From: Mytilus edulis
Taxonomy: Eukaryota
Length of the DNA: 64,000 nucleotides
NCBI RefSeq assembly: GCF_963676685.1
Contig: NC_092353.1
Span: forward strand, 27,590,001 to 27,654,000
Direction: 5' to 3'
Positions 51,602-62,971 of this stretch are shown one piece after another. The notes under the pieces were generated by a model. That model ran no database searches, was not told the DNA's origin, and worked only from the letters and a program-made list of their open reading frames with translations. The first letter of the stretch is position 1; every line of letters begins with the position of its first letter. A program made the position numbers and the translations under genes.

Positions 51602-52790
51602 CCGCATATTCCCTCCCCCTTTTCTTTTGAATATTATTAGTTTTATTATTTAACAAAATGATAGATTAAAATATTCATATCTGTTTTTTCAAATAACATC
51701 TTGCACTGTACAACGCTGTAAGTGTATATATGCTAGTATCTTATTACAATCCTATCAACATCAGATATAACCAATTGAATAAACAGCTATCCCTCCTTTT
51801 TATGGGCTTACTGTAAAATTTCTGTTTCCCCCTACAAAGTTTTGTCTGAATATACACAAACATTAACTGTAACTTCAACTTACTGTACTGCAGGTATTTG
51901 AAAGTTTAATTCAGTCTAAGTTAAACTTTATAATAAACGAAAATACAGTTTATCACTAGCAGGTATTTCCACACAACATGGAGCCAAAATGCACATTTGA
52001 AAATGATCAAATAATCTTCTAATAATTGTTTACTATATCTCAAGCTGAAAACACAACCAGATCCAAGCATTTTTATAACAGTGATTGAAACCTCAAGTGC
52101 TATCGAACTGCTGGCATAACTGTTGTCCCGACTGCTATATGGAATGCTAAGATAAATGCTACGACAAATGATAAAATGAATGCTAAATATATAAGACGAA
52201 GAAAACGTAAAACGAGAAAAGTTGATCAAACTGCTATTAAATTGAATGCTTAGAATGCACATTAAAAAAAACCCCACTTTTTTAAACGTAGCATAGGAAA
52301 ATAATAGGTAATATACCAGGCCACCAACGAATATTGTCTTCAATATGGAATATACATATACCAAAACTTAACAAAACGAAAAAAGCCACAATGCCATATT
52401 GAAAGATCCAGTATATAGACTAGTTATATATACGAGTCTAAATTGAAAACTACGTTCAAACCTATGATTGTGTTGGATAAGAACCGCAATTTTTATACGT
52501 GTGCATGTAAAACAAATTTCGTTGTAGAAGGGTCTAAATACAGCACAAACAACATTTTCCAAAAGACCAAAAAAGTGAAGAAGTATATTTAAACAAAACG
52601 CATTTGACTAACAGGTCGATTAACTGATGTTCTTTAACCCTGCTGACTGCCATTGGCGATTGCCAAATAAAATTGATCACAGGATGTGACAAAATGGATC
52701 TTAATATAAATTTAATATTAAACAGAAAACAAGTAACTTGTGGCCACGATGTTATGCCACAAACATAAGGGGTTAAAAATTTTTTTGTAC

Positions 52791-52831
52791 ACCAGATCCG
52801 GATTTCGACTATAAATGTCTCTTTAGTGATG
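52791..52831 (-). ncRNA. Degenerate type I hammerhead of a third family, inside a ~268-bp partial tandem repeat (~52705-53045)
   Basis: Minus strand CAUCA-CUAAAGA-GAC(AUUUAUA)GUC-GAAA-UCCGGA-UC/UGGU with palindromic stem III AUCCGGAU. Core G5 is changed to A. Confidence 0.68.
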
Positions 52832-53069
52832 TTAGGGATCGAAACGGTATTTGGAAGCCCATATAAAAGGTACCCTCATTTTTAGATAGACTCTTGAATT
52901 TTAAGTGGCCAATATAGGATGAACGGATCATATAAACCGGAGGGAAAATACGATACAAGCCCAAACGAAAAAATATAAATTTAATACTAAACAGAAAACA
53001 AGTAACTTGTGGGCACGATGTTATGCAACAAACATAAGGTGTTGATATTTTTTTTATATATACAAATGT

Positions 53070-54470
53070 ATATATATTGAAAACAAAGTACTTAATCTAT
53101 TGACTGTGAAGACAATAACAATGAAAACCTAGGAGTAAACAAAGACTCACAAAGCCAAAGGACATTTACATCAACAGTTATGAATAATAAATAAGAAACA
53201 ACACGAGCTCAACTAAAAACCAGAAGTGAAATCAGGTGCTCATAACAGCCAATCAGCTCATGATGGCGACCGTAAAATTTCTTAAGTGATGACCTTAATT
53301 TGATTGATTCATAGCCCTGTCTTAGCAAGTTTTGAGATATCAGTATTCCTCGTTCAACAAAATCAACGTACTTTGAGCTAGCTGTAGAGCAACGTATCAA
53401 TTGAGAAACATATACTCCATATGCTGGTGCCGCTGGGATGTTGCTACACAGAAATGGAAAATCGACTATAGGAAAATTATGATCATCGCCTTTGTCATAA
53501 ATTTTGGTATTCAAGCTTCCATCAGTAGTCATTTCGAGAAAAAGGTCTAAATATGAAGCAGATTTATCTGTGTCGGTAGTTTCTTTAATTTCAATTTCAC
53601 TTGGATATATTGAATGTAAGTGATCACTGAATCTATTACTAGTATTATTACGAGACAGTACATTATCATTATACCGAAAGGTGAAATTAAAAGACTGGGC
53701 TTATTTCTTTTCTCCTTTCTGAACAAGCCCTTGGATAAATTCTGCCTCATAGGAATACAAAAACAAATCTACAAGTAGAGGTGCGCAATTGGTATCCATT
53801 GGGATTTCAATAGTCTGTTGGAAGACCAAACCTCTAAATTCAACAAATTTGTCGTCAATTAAAAGGTCCAGCATTGCAGTGATATCCTCTTCGGTGTATT
53901 CATTGCACGACTCTGTATGATTTTTCACAGAGTAAGCTGAATTCCTGCCCAAAACTAGATATTAAAACGTCTAGTGCCCTTTTTGATAAAGAAACATAAG
54001 CTGACGAGTTCTTTCAGTCGCGCTGTAAGTTTAGTAAGTTTAGTATGTTGAATAGTGATATAAACAGTTGAAAAATCAAAGGTTTTAATGTTGGTACAAT
54101 GTTTAAATGATTGCGATTGTAAATTCACCAATAACTCTTTCAAATTTTTCAGTATCAACATCTGATAAACACCTCTTCTTGAATATGCCATTTCGGAATA
54201 TTTCTGAAGTCCTTCTTTGACTGCAGTGACTATGGAAGTAAGAACTTTAGAAAGGGATTCAGTGGAACACTTGGAAGAACCTGCAATATACCTTTCCTTT
54301 ATAAGGATTCTTGTGAAGCTTAGGAAGCCATACATGCTATTGTACACTCTGAAAATGGTCACTTTTCTTTTATGATTCCCATTTACAACTTCATTGATAG
54401 TATATCTTGATGTACAAAAACATATTCAAGCGTAGTTTTATCGTTTCTAGTGAATTTTCATTTGTAGGTT
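53070..54470 (-). mobile_element. Penelope-like (Naiad-like) RT pseudogene, 5'-truncated
   Basis: RYIAGSSKCST, IKTFDFSTVY, IPMDTNCAPLLVDLFLYSYEAEF, FRYNDNV (catalytic YIDD decayed) and DFPFLCSNIPAAPAYGVYVSQLIR. Frameshifted. Confidence 0.88.
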
Positions 54471-54635
54471 GTTTATTTAACATACAGCTCCTAAGTTTCT
54501 ACAGATATACATATATGGCTGCCAAGTTGAAAGGCTGGAGCTTTGAGGATGACGATGAATCAAAAGAAGCTCTTCGGAAGGACTGAATCTGTGAGGACTA
54601 TATTCCGATGATTTGAAGCAGAAATATTGCTAATT

Positions 54636-55042
54636 ATGCAGTTTATACACAGATGTAATACAAAAACAATACCATGGTCCATCGTATTTACGGTTCTGTT
54701 TAGCTAAGTCATAAGCATACTACATATTTTCTTTATTTGTGTCCATGACTGGTGTGCGGTTCATCAATTAAGTAATTTAACATATACTAAGTATGCTGAC
54801 AATCACTGGTTGTATGTACAAAGTATAACGTCAGATCTTAAAACCGCTGTCGAGTATGCTTTTGTCACAAATCCAAGGGATATATCACGAGATATAATAA
54901 ATAAAGTACCAAACAAATTTATTTTTAAACCAAACCATATGTCTGATGGATTAGTAATTATAGAAGTGAATAAAGTAACTAAATGCACATCAGCCTATTA
55001 CAGAAATTGCCCATCGTATAACTGAATAATTTGTTTTACAAT
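54636..55042 (+). pseudogene. 5' half of TupA-like ATP-grasp gene, copy 2 (stops; truncated at 55043 by a CAGGGGTCG hAT-like fragment)
   Basis: MQFIHRCNTKTIPWSIVFTVLFS*VISILHIFFICV...YADNHWLYVQ...FIFKPNHMSDG...KCTSAYYRNCPSYN*. Confidence 0.8.
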
Positions 55043-57041
55043 CAGGGGTCGAATTTAAGCTTTTTAGTGTACTGGCCAGCCGGACTAGTGGACTTAAAAT
55101 CTACTGGTCCGGCTGAAAATTTACTGGTCCTGCAAAAATGACATTCATTTGATAACCACTTAAAGATACGACAGATGTTTAATTTTATTTTCCTCAGCTG
55201 CTTTCCTCTTCTTTATTCCAGTAGATTTTTGTGCTGTTCTGTTTGTTCATGAGCCAAATAAAATCTATGTCTACTCTTGGATACTTATCGAAGGAAGATT
55301 TTATTTAAGACAGTATGATATCATTTGCATAATAATCAAATATGTTTACCCCAGGTGGAGGCAATAGATTAACCAAAATGCGTCAGAATTTGGATCAGTT
55401 GATGGCAAATCGCAGAATTTTTCAAGTATACCCATTTGCTGTGATCGAATACCTCATCCTGACACAAAAGCAGAGGGGAAGTTTGGTTTTCATGGCTAAA
55501 GAAGAAATGAAAAGTCTAGAAAAGAAATCCCAATCAGTGTTCAGGTTCTCTAGCTTTGTTTTTTGACAAAAAGTGTCCAGTTTCATTTTACGGCTTTTAT
55601 ATGTAAACGTTCTTTTTCTTCTGGTTAAAAAAAGGGGATTCTCTTCGTTTCATATTTGCTTAAAAAGATCGTACTGTTTGGACCAAATATCTTGAAGTTT
55701 ATATACATATCTTACCTACTTCTGAATCAACAATTTCCTTAAAAGAGTACATTTTGTACAATTCTGACGACTCTTCTAGAAATGGAGTTGAAACTCGTTC
55801 ATAACTTTAGAAAGCCTTTTTAGTTTTTCGAAGAAATCCGTTTGTGTTTTCGTAGAGTCTTCATGTCGTCGTACATTTGTTGTAGAATGTGAAACCACTG
55901 AATCTTTCAAATTAATCTACCAGTCTACTGACTTCTGCTCCAGCTACTATTACCATCCATCGTCTCGAAAGGATCTTTGATTAAACGTATGGTACCAACA
56001 TCGCCGTTCACGACTCATTATTCTGTGTTTGTGCCTGATCAATATAAGTAATCAACTTGCTGGTCTTACGTACAGTTAAAATTACCATTTACAAATTTCA
56101 TTGCAACCTGTTGGTGATGTTTGTGAAGGAAATCGATATCTTTCAGAATTTACACGGTCAAGACATAGATTGGAATCATGCTTGATATGGACTGTTTGTA
56201 AAGTACGATATATGTCTCGTCATATGAGAGTACTACTGAAGGCACATGAAGTTCGTAATTCATAATTGAACGCCAGAAATTAAACGGTTGTCGATATAAC
56301 TCTTTATTAATGTTTGTTGCGTAGTTAGTTATTAACTGTTTTATTACTTTTGCACGAAATCAAAATGTTCTTCATAAAGTTCTTCAACGGAATGTTATTA
56401 AAACATAATGGGTTATTTTCATTTACCCAAATGCTTAAAAACGATAGATTCTTAGAAGTAAAGTTTGAAATATTGAAAGTTTTAGGGACATCACTATGGT
56501 AAATATTTGAGAATACCTGGGCCTGTATGTATAAAATCACATAAGTTAAGCAATCCAATTGTAGTACTAATTCATTGTTGGACATGTAGAAAAATATGCA
56601 CATCGTGCTTATGCCTCAAACTGTTATATATACACATGTATATGTAGATTTATTTTTATCGTGTACTCAATCAACATATCCTGTAAATAATTGGCGTCAG
56701 GACAAGTCTTATCACCGAAGAAATATATTTTTTTATGGGAACCAAGGTTCAAATCAACCAAGTCATCCGAACCAGTAAAACCAGTGACTAGTAAATACTG
56801 CTTATCTGTGAAGTATTGTCTTTCAGAGTAAGACAAAATAAAATTTGACTCGTGTACAAGATTGGAACTTGTTGGAATTTTTCTTACGTACTGTGGAATT
56901 GTAAAATAGCACGTTATAAATACGGTGAAGTTTTACGTTCTGGTACATTACATTAAGGATAATATTCACATTACATTATTAAGCTACCGATATGCGTTTA
57001 ATTTTGCCAATAGGCGTAAAACACCTTCCATATATCATCTT

Positions 57042-57625
57042 ACGTAAGGTAGATCATAAGTAAATATTTTTTAAGACAGAATTTTCTTATAATTAGCCAA
57101 AATGAAGATTTTACTATGCTCTTTTCAAATATATAATAAAAGGTATGGGTCACCGTGCTATTTTTCAAGCTATGAGTCGTTGAAAATTGGCTAAATTTGG
57201 TTAGATTGTTCATGGCAAAACACATTTGTGTGAATAAAAAAAAATTTATGAGATAGAATTTTGAAATAAATTGTGAAAAGATAGTTTGTGTGATATATTT
57301 TAAGAAAATAAAAAGAAAAAATGGTGTCACCGAACTTGTTTTCTTGCTACAAGTAAAAAGAATTTTTTTTTATCAATCTAGTATAAATTTTTGACTAAAA
57401 GAGTTATCTTCCCTTAAATGACCCAAAATGATTCTAACAGCAAAAAAAAAATGGTATTTGTTTAGATATTTTGAATTATACAATAAATTACCAAGTTTTC
57501 TTCATATTTTTAAACAGTTTAACCTTTAAATTGCAAATCTGTCTTCAAATTTGCAGATTTAGGCAAATAACTCGACCGATTTTTTAACCGTGATTGTACA
57601 ATCCAAGATGGCGGCCGTATACCAA
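57042..57625. mobile_element. Probable MITE-type insertion specific to the right duplication arm
   Basis: Interrupts arm homology. Begins aaggtagatcat and ends caagatggcggccgtatacc, with the right terminus incomplete. Confidence 0.5.
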
Positions 57626-59054
57626 GTTTTCTTCTTAACACATCTTTTCAAAACACACTCTCTCTAATTTTATCGAATAACGAATACTTTATTTCTCATA
57701 AAAATACCTGATGAAAAAAATTCACCATTAAATTATCTGAACAATTATAGTGACAAGCTAGTGATTTACATATTGAAATATTATAAAATGTGTAAGTATA
57801 TGTTAATCCCATAGGAGCAATACATTGTACACGTCCGAGACGTCAAATAAGCACGTAGAAAATAGCTTGCCTGGAGTTCATGATAATCAGTATATATTAT
57901 TCAATATCATTAGATAAAAAAAAAAATAAAGTGCCAATGACACGGAGTTCAAATGTCGTGTATGTGAGTAACTACAGTGTATCAGTAATCGTATGGCTTT
58001 CAATAATGAGCGAAAAATTCACCTCATAGAAGTTGAGGTTTTTCATGTCAATCAACGAAAATCTATTCGACATAAATGACCATTTTAACATCGCTCTTGA
58101 TAAGAAAAATATATATGAACAACAGCTTTAGAGGAAGAGATAATTTTACACTTTTGAATTACTTTGTAAAATATAATTTGTAGCAAAAACTTAATATGTG
58201 ATAATCTCATATATAATTAAATGATTAAATATTGATAACAAGATATCATAGATAGGTGAAAGATACCAGAGGATCATTTGTCCTAAAAACACATTACCCC
58301 CTTGTAATTATTTTTTTTCTCCCTAACAACGCCATGAACCAAAAACAAACAAACAAGAATTGACAAAAAATATCATAGAAAACCAAATATTGACAAACAC
58401 GAACCCGTTGAAAATGCGAGGAGGGTTCTCGTGCTCTCCGGAAGGGTAAGCAGATTCTGTACCACATGTACTTATTTTGGCAGTTTTTGTATTTTGAACT
58501 TGATGTAAGAAGTTTGAAGCCATATTGCTAAATGAATGATGCAAGACGAAATTCTGAGACTGATCTCTGACAGACTGATGACTTACAAAGGTTGTTATTC
58601 AGTAGATCTAATAGAGTCTACAAAAGACTCATCAGTGACGCTCGAATCCAAAAAAGTTAAAAAGGCCAAATAAAGTACGAAGAGCATTCCATTTACAACT
58701 TCTTTGAGAGTATTATTTTTGAGAGTTGTACATAATGTGCAATAACAAAGTCAAGACTAGTTTTATTGTCTTTTTTTAATTTTTACTAGCAGATCTCTGT
58801 TTGTCATATAACTCGTTCAGTTCCTTCTGATATACACTCCTGGTTTTCAAGTGGTTGGGTTGGAGCATTGCTGATGACGATGCGGAGGTTGTTTTTTTAA
58901 CATTCAGCTCCTAGGTTTCTACAGATATACATATATGGCTGTCAAGTTGATAGGTTGGAGCTTTGCGATGACGATGAATCAAAAGAAGCTCTTCGGAAGG
59001 ACTGAATCTGTAAAGGCTATATTCCGATGAATTGACGCAGAAATATTGCTTATT

Positions 59055-59985
59055 ATGCAATTTATACACAGATGTACAACAAAAAGAATAAAATGGTCCA
59101 TCGTGTTTACGATTCTGTGTAGCTTAGGCATAAGCATACTACACATTATCTTTATTTGTGTCCATCACTGGTGTGCGGATCATCAATAAAATAATTTAAC
59201 ATATACCAAAGATACTGACAAGCACTGGGCAAGATTGTATGTACAAAGTGTAACGCCAGATCTCAAAACCGCTGTCGAGTATACTGTTGTCACAAAAGCA
59301 AAGGATATATCACAAGATATTATAAGTAAATTACCAAATAAATATATAATTAAACCGAACCATATGTCTAGAGGATTTGCACTTATTGAAGCAAATAAAG
59401 TAACTAAAAAACACATCAGTCTATTACAGAAATTGCCCATCGTGTAACGGAATAGATTTGTTACAATGCTTGCAGAAGATATTCGATCTATGGTTACAAA
59501 TTGTGTTCAACCCTGGAAAAGAAAAATACTACCAGTATATTCCACCTAAATGTATGTTTGAGGAGTATCTAGGCTCTAGTGGGATTCCTATGGACTATAG
59601 AGTGTTCACATTTCATGGTAAAGCCTATTTCATTCAGGTTGCCGAAACAAAAGATTGACGTCATACTCACGACTTTTTCACTCCAAAATGGAAGCGGATT
59701 CAGATGAGGGAGGTACCAGAAATATATCCCATTAACTCTTTAGTTAAACAGCCTCCATTCTTTCATGAAATGTTGGGACACGCAGAAATCTTATCTCAGC
59801 CATTTATCATGATGCGTAATGATTTCTTTGCTTTTGATGACCAGTATTATTTTGCTGAATTCACTCCATCACATCATGGCTGTAATGGCAGATTTATTCC
59901 ATCAGTTATAGAGAATTATTTTATTTTGGTTATAAACAACCCGTCTGAGTATTCTGACCCGGAAGTTATATTACAGTTGAAGTAA
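59055..59985 (+). pseudogene. Full-length but disrupted TupA-like ATP-grasp ligase gene with N-terminal signal anchor (~309 aa reconstructed, intronless)
   Basis: MQFIHRCTTKRIK-WSIVFTILCSLGISILHIIFICV (TM), DKHWARLYV, LPNKYIIKPNHMS, YIPPKCMFEEYL, PMDYRVFTFHGKAYFIQV, EMLGHAEILSQPFIMMRNDFF, YFAEFTPSHHG. Lesions: TAA near 59187, +1 frameshift near 59408, TGA at 59656. Confidence 0.85.
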
Positions 59986-60807
59986 TAGTACATTACATAT
60001 AATGTTGTTATCACGCGCGATGAAAAACTGATAATTATATATTATCGGTAATTTGTACATTTTTCCTTTGATGTGTACTCGCTGATAATGCCAGTATCAG
60101 TGGACTGGCCGTGATATAAAAATTATTGGGTTAGTACGCAAATGACATGCGCGAATGCAACGCGTAAGGATCTACTTTCCCCTTTCATTCACAAAATTGC
60201 GCGTGATTTTTATTGCAGAAACGCACGAGATTTTTGGCGAATGAAACACTTGACATTGATCATTATAACTTTCACAAAGTTAGTTTAGCCTTTTTTGTTG
60301 TGAAAATGTAAACAGAAAATGCATGAAAAAGCCGACAGACTTAAAAAAAAAATGCGTTATCTATAATTGATATATAAAGTACAAAATGTACAACTAACAT
60401 CGTCTATGGTGTTCCAATCCGAGTGTTTATTCATACAATACCAATACAGAGCCTGGTGCCGTTCCAAGTAGTTTTCTTTTCTGTTTCTTGAGAAGTATTT
60501 GTTTTACCTATTCAGTCACTATAAAGTGTTACAATTCATATTTAAACGCAACACATAAATAGTGACCAAAAAGGTACCGCTATCACATGAGAGAAGCTAG
60601 GAAAAAATGAAATTTACGCATTTTCAACATTTTTGTCTAATGTGGGACCATCATATACAATTTAAAAGATGTGGTTTCATTGTCAATTTAAAGACAGATA
60701 TTCATAGAACAAAGAACAAAAAAGTGAACTAATTCATATGCGGATCTGGGATAAATTTTAAAAAGGGGTAACCGGGGTACCATCTATTAAAATGTTTGAA
60801 ATAATTA

Positions 60808-61050
60808 GACCAAATAAAAAAGTATGTGTGGTTCCAGTTACATCTGAAAAAAAGTTAGGGTAGGTATATAGGTAGGGATTTTTTTTTTAATTTTTAAGTT
60901 TTTTTTTACATTGAGTCTATGGGAGCAACATTCTGACTTTAACAGTGCTTAATGAAAAATGACAATAAAATCTTTAGGGTAGGCTATTTTTAAGCCGAAA
61001 AAGTAGGGACGGTAGGGTTACTGGAACCACACATATATTTTTATTTGGCC
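60808..61050. mobile_element. PIF/Harbinger-like MITE
   Basis: TTA|GACCAAATAAAAAAGTATGTGTGGTTCCAGT ... ACTGGAACCACACATATATTTTTATTTGGCC|TTA. Confidence 0.8.
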
Positions 61051-61678
61051 TTATGAAGTAGACAAGAAATGAGCTTGTTCAGATAATTTACAAATTACAG
61101 TCAGCCTTTCAGTAAAATATAATTATAAATCGTTGTACTTAAAAATGATGATCGATGAAATATCTGCTGATTCATATCGTATCATTCTAATGTTCTGCAC
61201 AGTAGAGCTTCTCTCGAAGAGAGCTCTTCGAGTCCTTCGAGAGAAGCTCTACTGTGATAGTCGACTTTGGTATATTTTTAACCCCTTATTGATAGGATTA
61301 CAAACTCCTTTAAATTCGGGACCTCGTGATTTCGTGTTTTTAAACCCGGGATTTCGGGATCAGGACCCTCCTATCCCCCTCTATGTTGATGCTTTGTGAA
61401 AAATAAAGAAATCTGACTTACCGGTATGCTACCATTATATTTGCCATTGTTAGAGTCATGTCCAAAGCAGAATATTAATGAAACACATGCAATAATTCCT
61501 TTTCAATACTTTGTGCAAGAGAACGCCATGTTTACCGCACTGTGACAAAATTTCAAATGACGTAATGCAGCCTGTGACGTCAAATGTGATTCGCCGTGAT
61601 TCGACGCGAAAAAGAAGTTCGTTTGTTATTTTCTCTATTATTGTAGTAATTTTTATTTTTTTTGAATTACCGATAAAC

Positions 61679-61802
61679 AGAATAAAGGACTTTTTGTTTT
61701 TGATACTGACTTTATCACAGAAAATATCAGGCTCGCCCTTCGGGCTCACCTGATATTTTACTGTGATAAAGTCAGTATCAAAAACAAAAAGTCCTTTATT
61801 CT
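61679..61802. repeat. Near-perfect ~124-bp hairpin
   Basis: agaataaaggactttttgtttttgatactgactttatcacag(t)aaaatatcagg arms around ctcgcccttcgggctca. Confidence 0.9.
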
Positions 61803-62804
61803 ATATATAATATATAGGAATAACTGTTCTTCTCTTGATTTTAAAATGGTCATCGCACAGCATATAGACAATCGAACATCAACAAAATGTTTTCAATATT
61901 TGAATAAGTTTTGGATTTTTAAAAATTGTGGCTTCATTATAGTACACAAGAGACATTAATTGTCAGAATGCAAATCTGGTGCAGTATAATTGGTACCGTT
62001 TATATAATTGTATTTTAACTATCACAAAGCGGCCACAATAATCAAATTTCAGAATGATCCTTGCACTATAATATCCTCGTCGTACCACCGAGTACTACAT
62101 ATATAAAAAAGAAGATGTAGTATGATTGCCAAGGAGACAACTTTCCACAAAAAACCAAATGACACAGAAATTAACAATTATAGGTCACCGTAGAGCCTTT
62201 TACATTATTGAGCAAAGCCCATACCTGATATTCAGCTATAAAAGGACCCGAAATGACGATGTAAACAATTCAACCGAGAAATCTAACGGCCAAATTTATA
62301 TAAAAAAATTATCGAAAAACAAATATATAACACATTAACAAACGACAACCATTGAATAACAGGCTCCTATGCAGAGTAAGCATTATTTTTGCTAAATAAA
62401 GAAGACAAAGAAGCAAGGTAACAATAATTCTAATGCAATTATTTTGCAACAATTGTTCTGATTGGATAACAGCAAGCGTAAAATTCTCTATCTCCTTGTC
62501 TGTAACTAAGGAAGCCGACATTTTGAATTTCGGAATGTATTGACATGTTATTTCTACAATAATAAACAAAAAACTCACTTGTTGCGCCTAAAAATCTTCT
62601 ATTTATCAAATTTTATTACATTCTGAAGCGGCAAAGAAGCCAGAAAAAGCCCGGTGTTTATGTTTGATGCCGGAAGCATACATATGACGTCACCTAGTGT
62701 AGGGACCAAAGAACATAACATTTTTTCGCGGAATTTTCTTTAATGAACATTTTACACCGAAATAATGATTGAAATTTAATTATAAACTTGTTTTGCATTA
62801 GAAT

Positions 62805-62971
62805 AGAGATAACTGTATTGTATTTGAAGCTTTAAGGACGTCCATCGGTAGTTTTACAGTCGCAAATACCCGTTTACCTGTCTCCGCTCCGCGTCGCCAG
62901 GTAAACTAAATTTGCGACAGTAAAACTACCGATGGACGTCTTAAAGCTTCAAATACAATACAGTTATCTCT
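62805..62971. repeat. Near-perfect ~167-bp hairpin
   Basis: agagataactgtattgtatttgaagctttaag(g)acgtccatcggtagttttac.gtcgcaaat...gtttacctg arms. Confidence 0.9.

Larger units (their letters stand above)
53680..58830 (-). repeat. Right arm of the large inverted segmental duplication
   Basis: Reverse-complement homology to 1295-2480, 6965-7350 and 10160-12707. Confidence 0.92.

Noticed and set aside
51921-52364. 147-aa hydrophobic ORF
   Set aside because: Low-complexity AT-rich translation with no motif or splice support.
1295-58830. Giant transposon (Maverick/Teratorn-like) with multi-kb TIRs
   Set aside because: No terminal motif or TSD, both ends cut through unrelated repeats, and no polymerase, capsid or transposase gene belongs to it.
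59656-59658. In-frame TGA as selenocysteine in the TupA-like gene
   Set aside because: The same copy also has a TAA and a frameshift, and I could not identify a SECIS. It is simpler to read it as a nonsense mutation.
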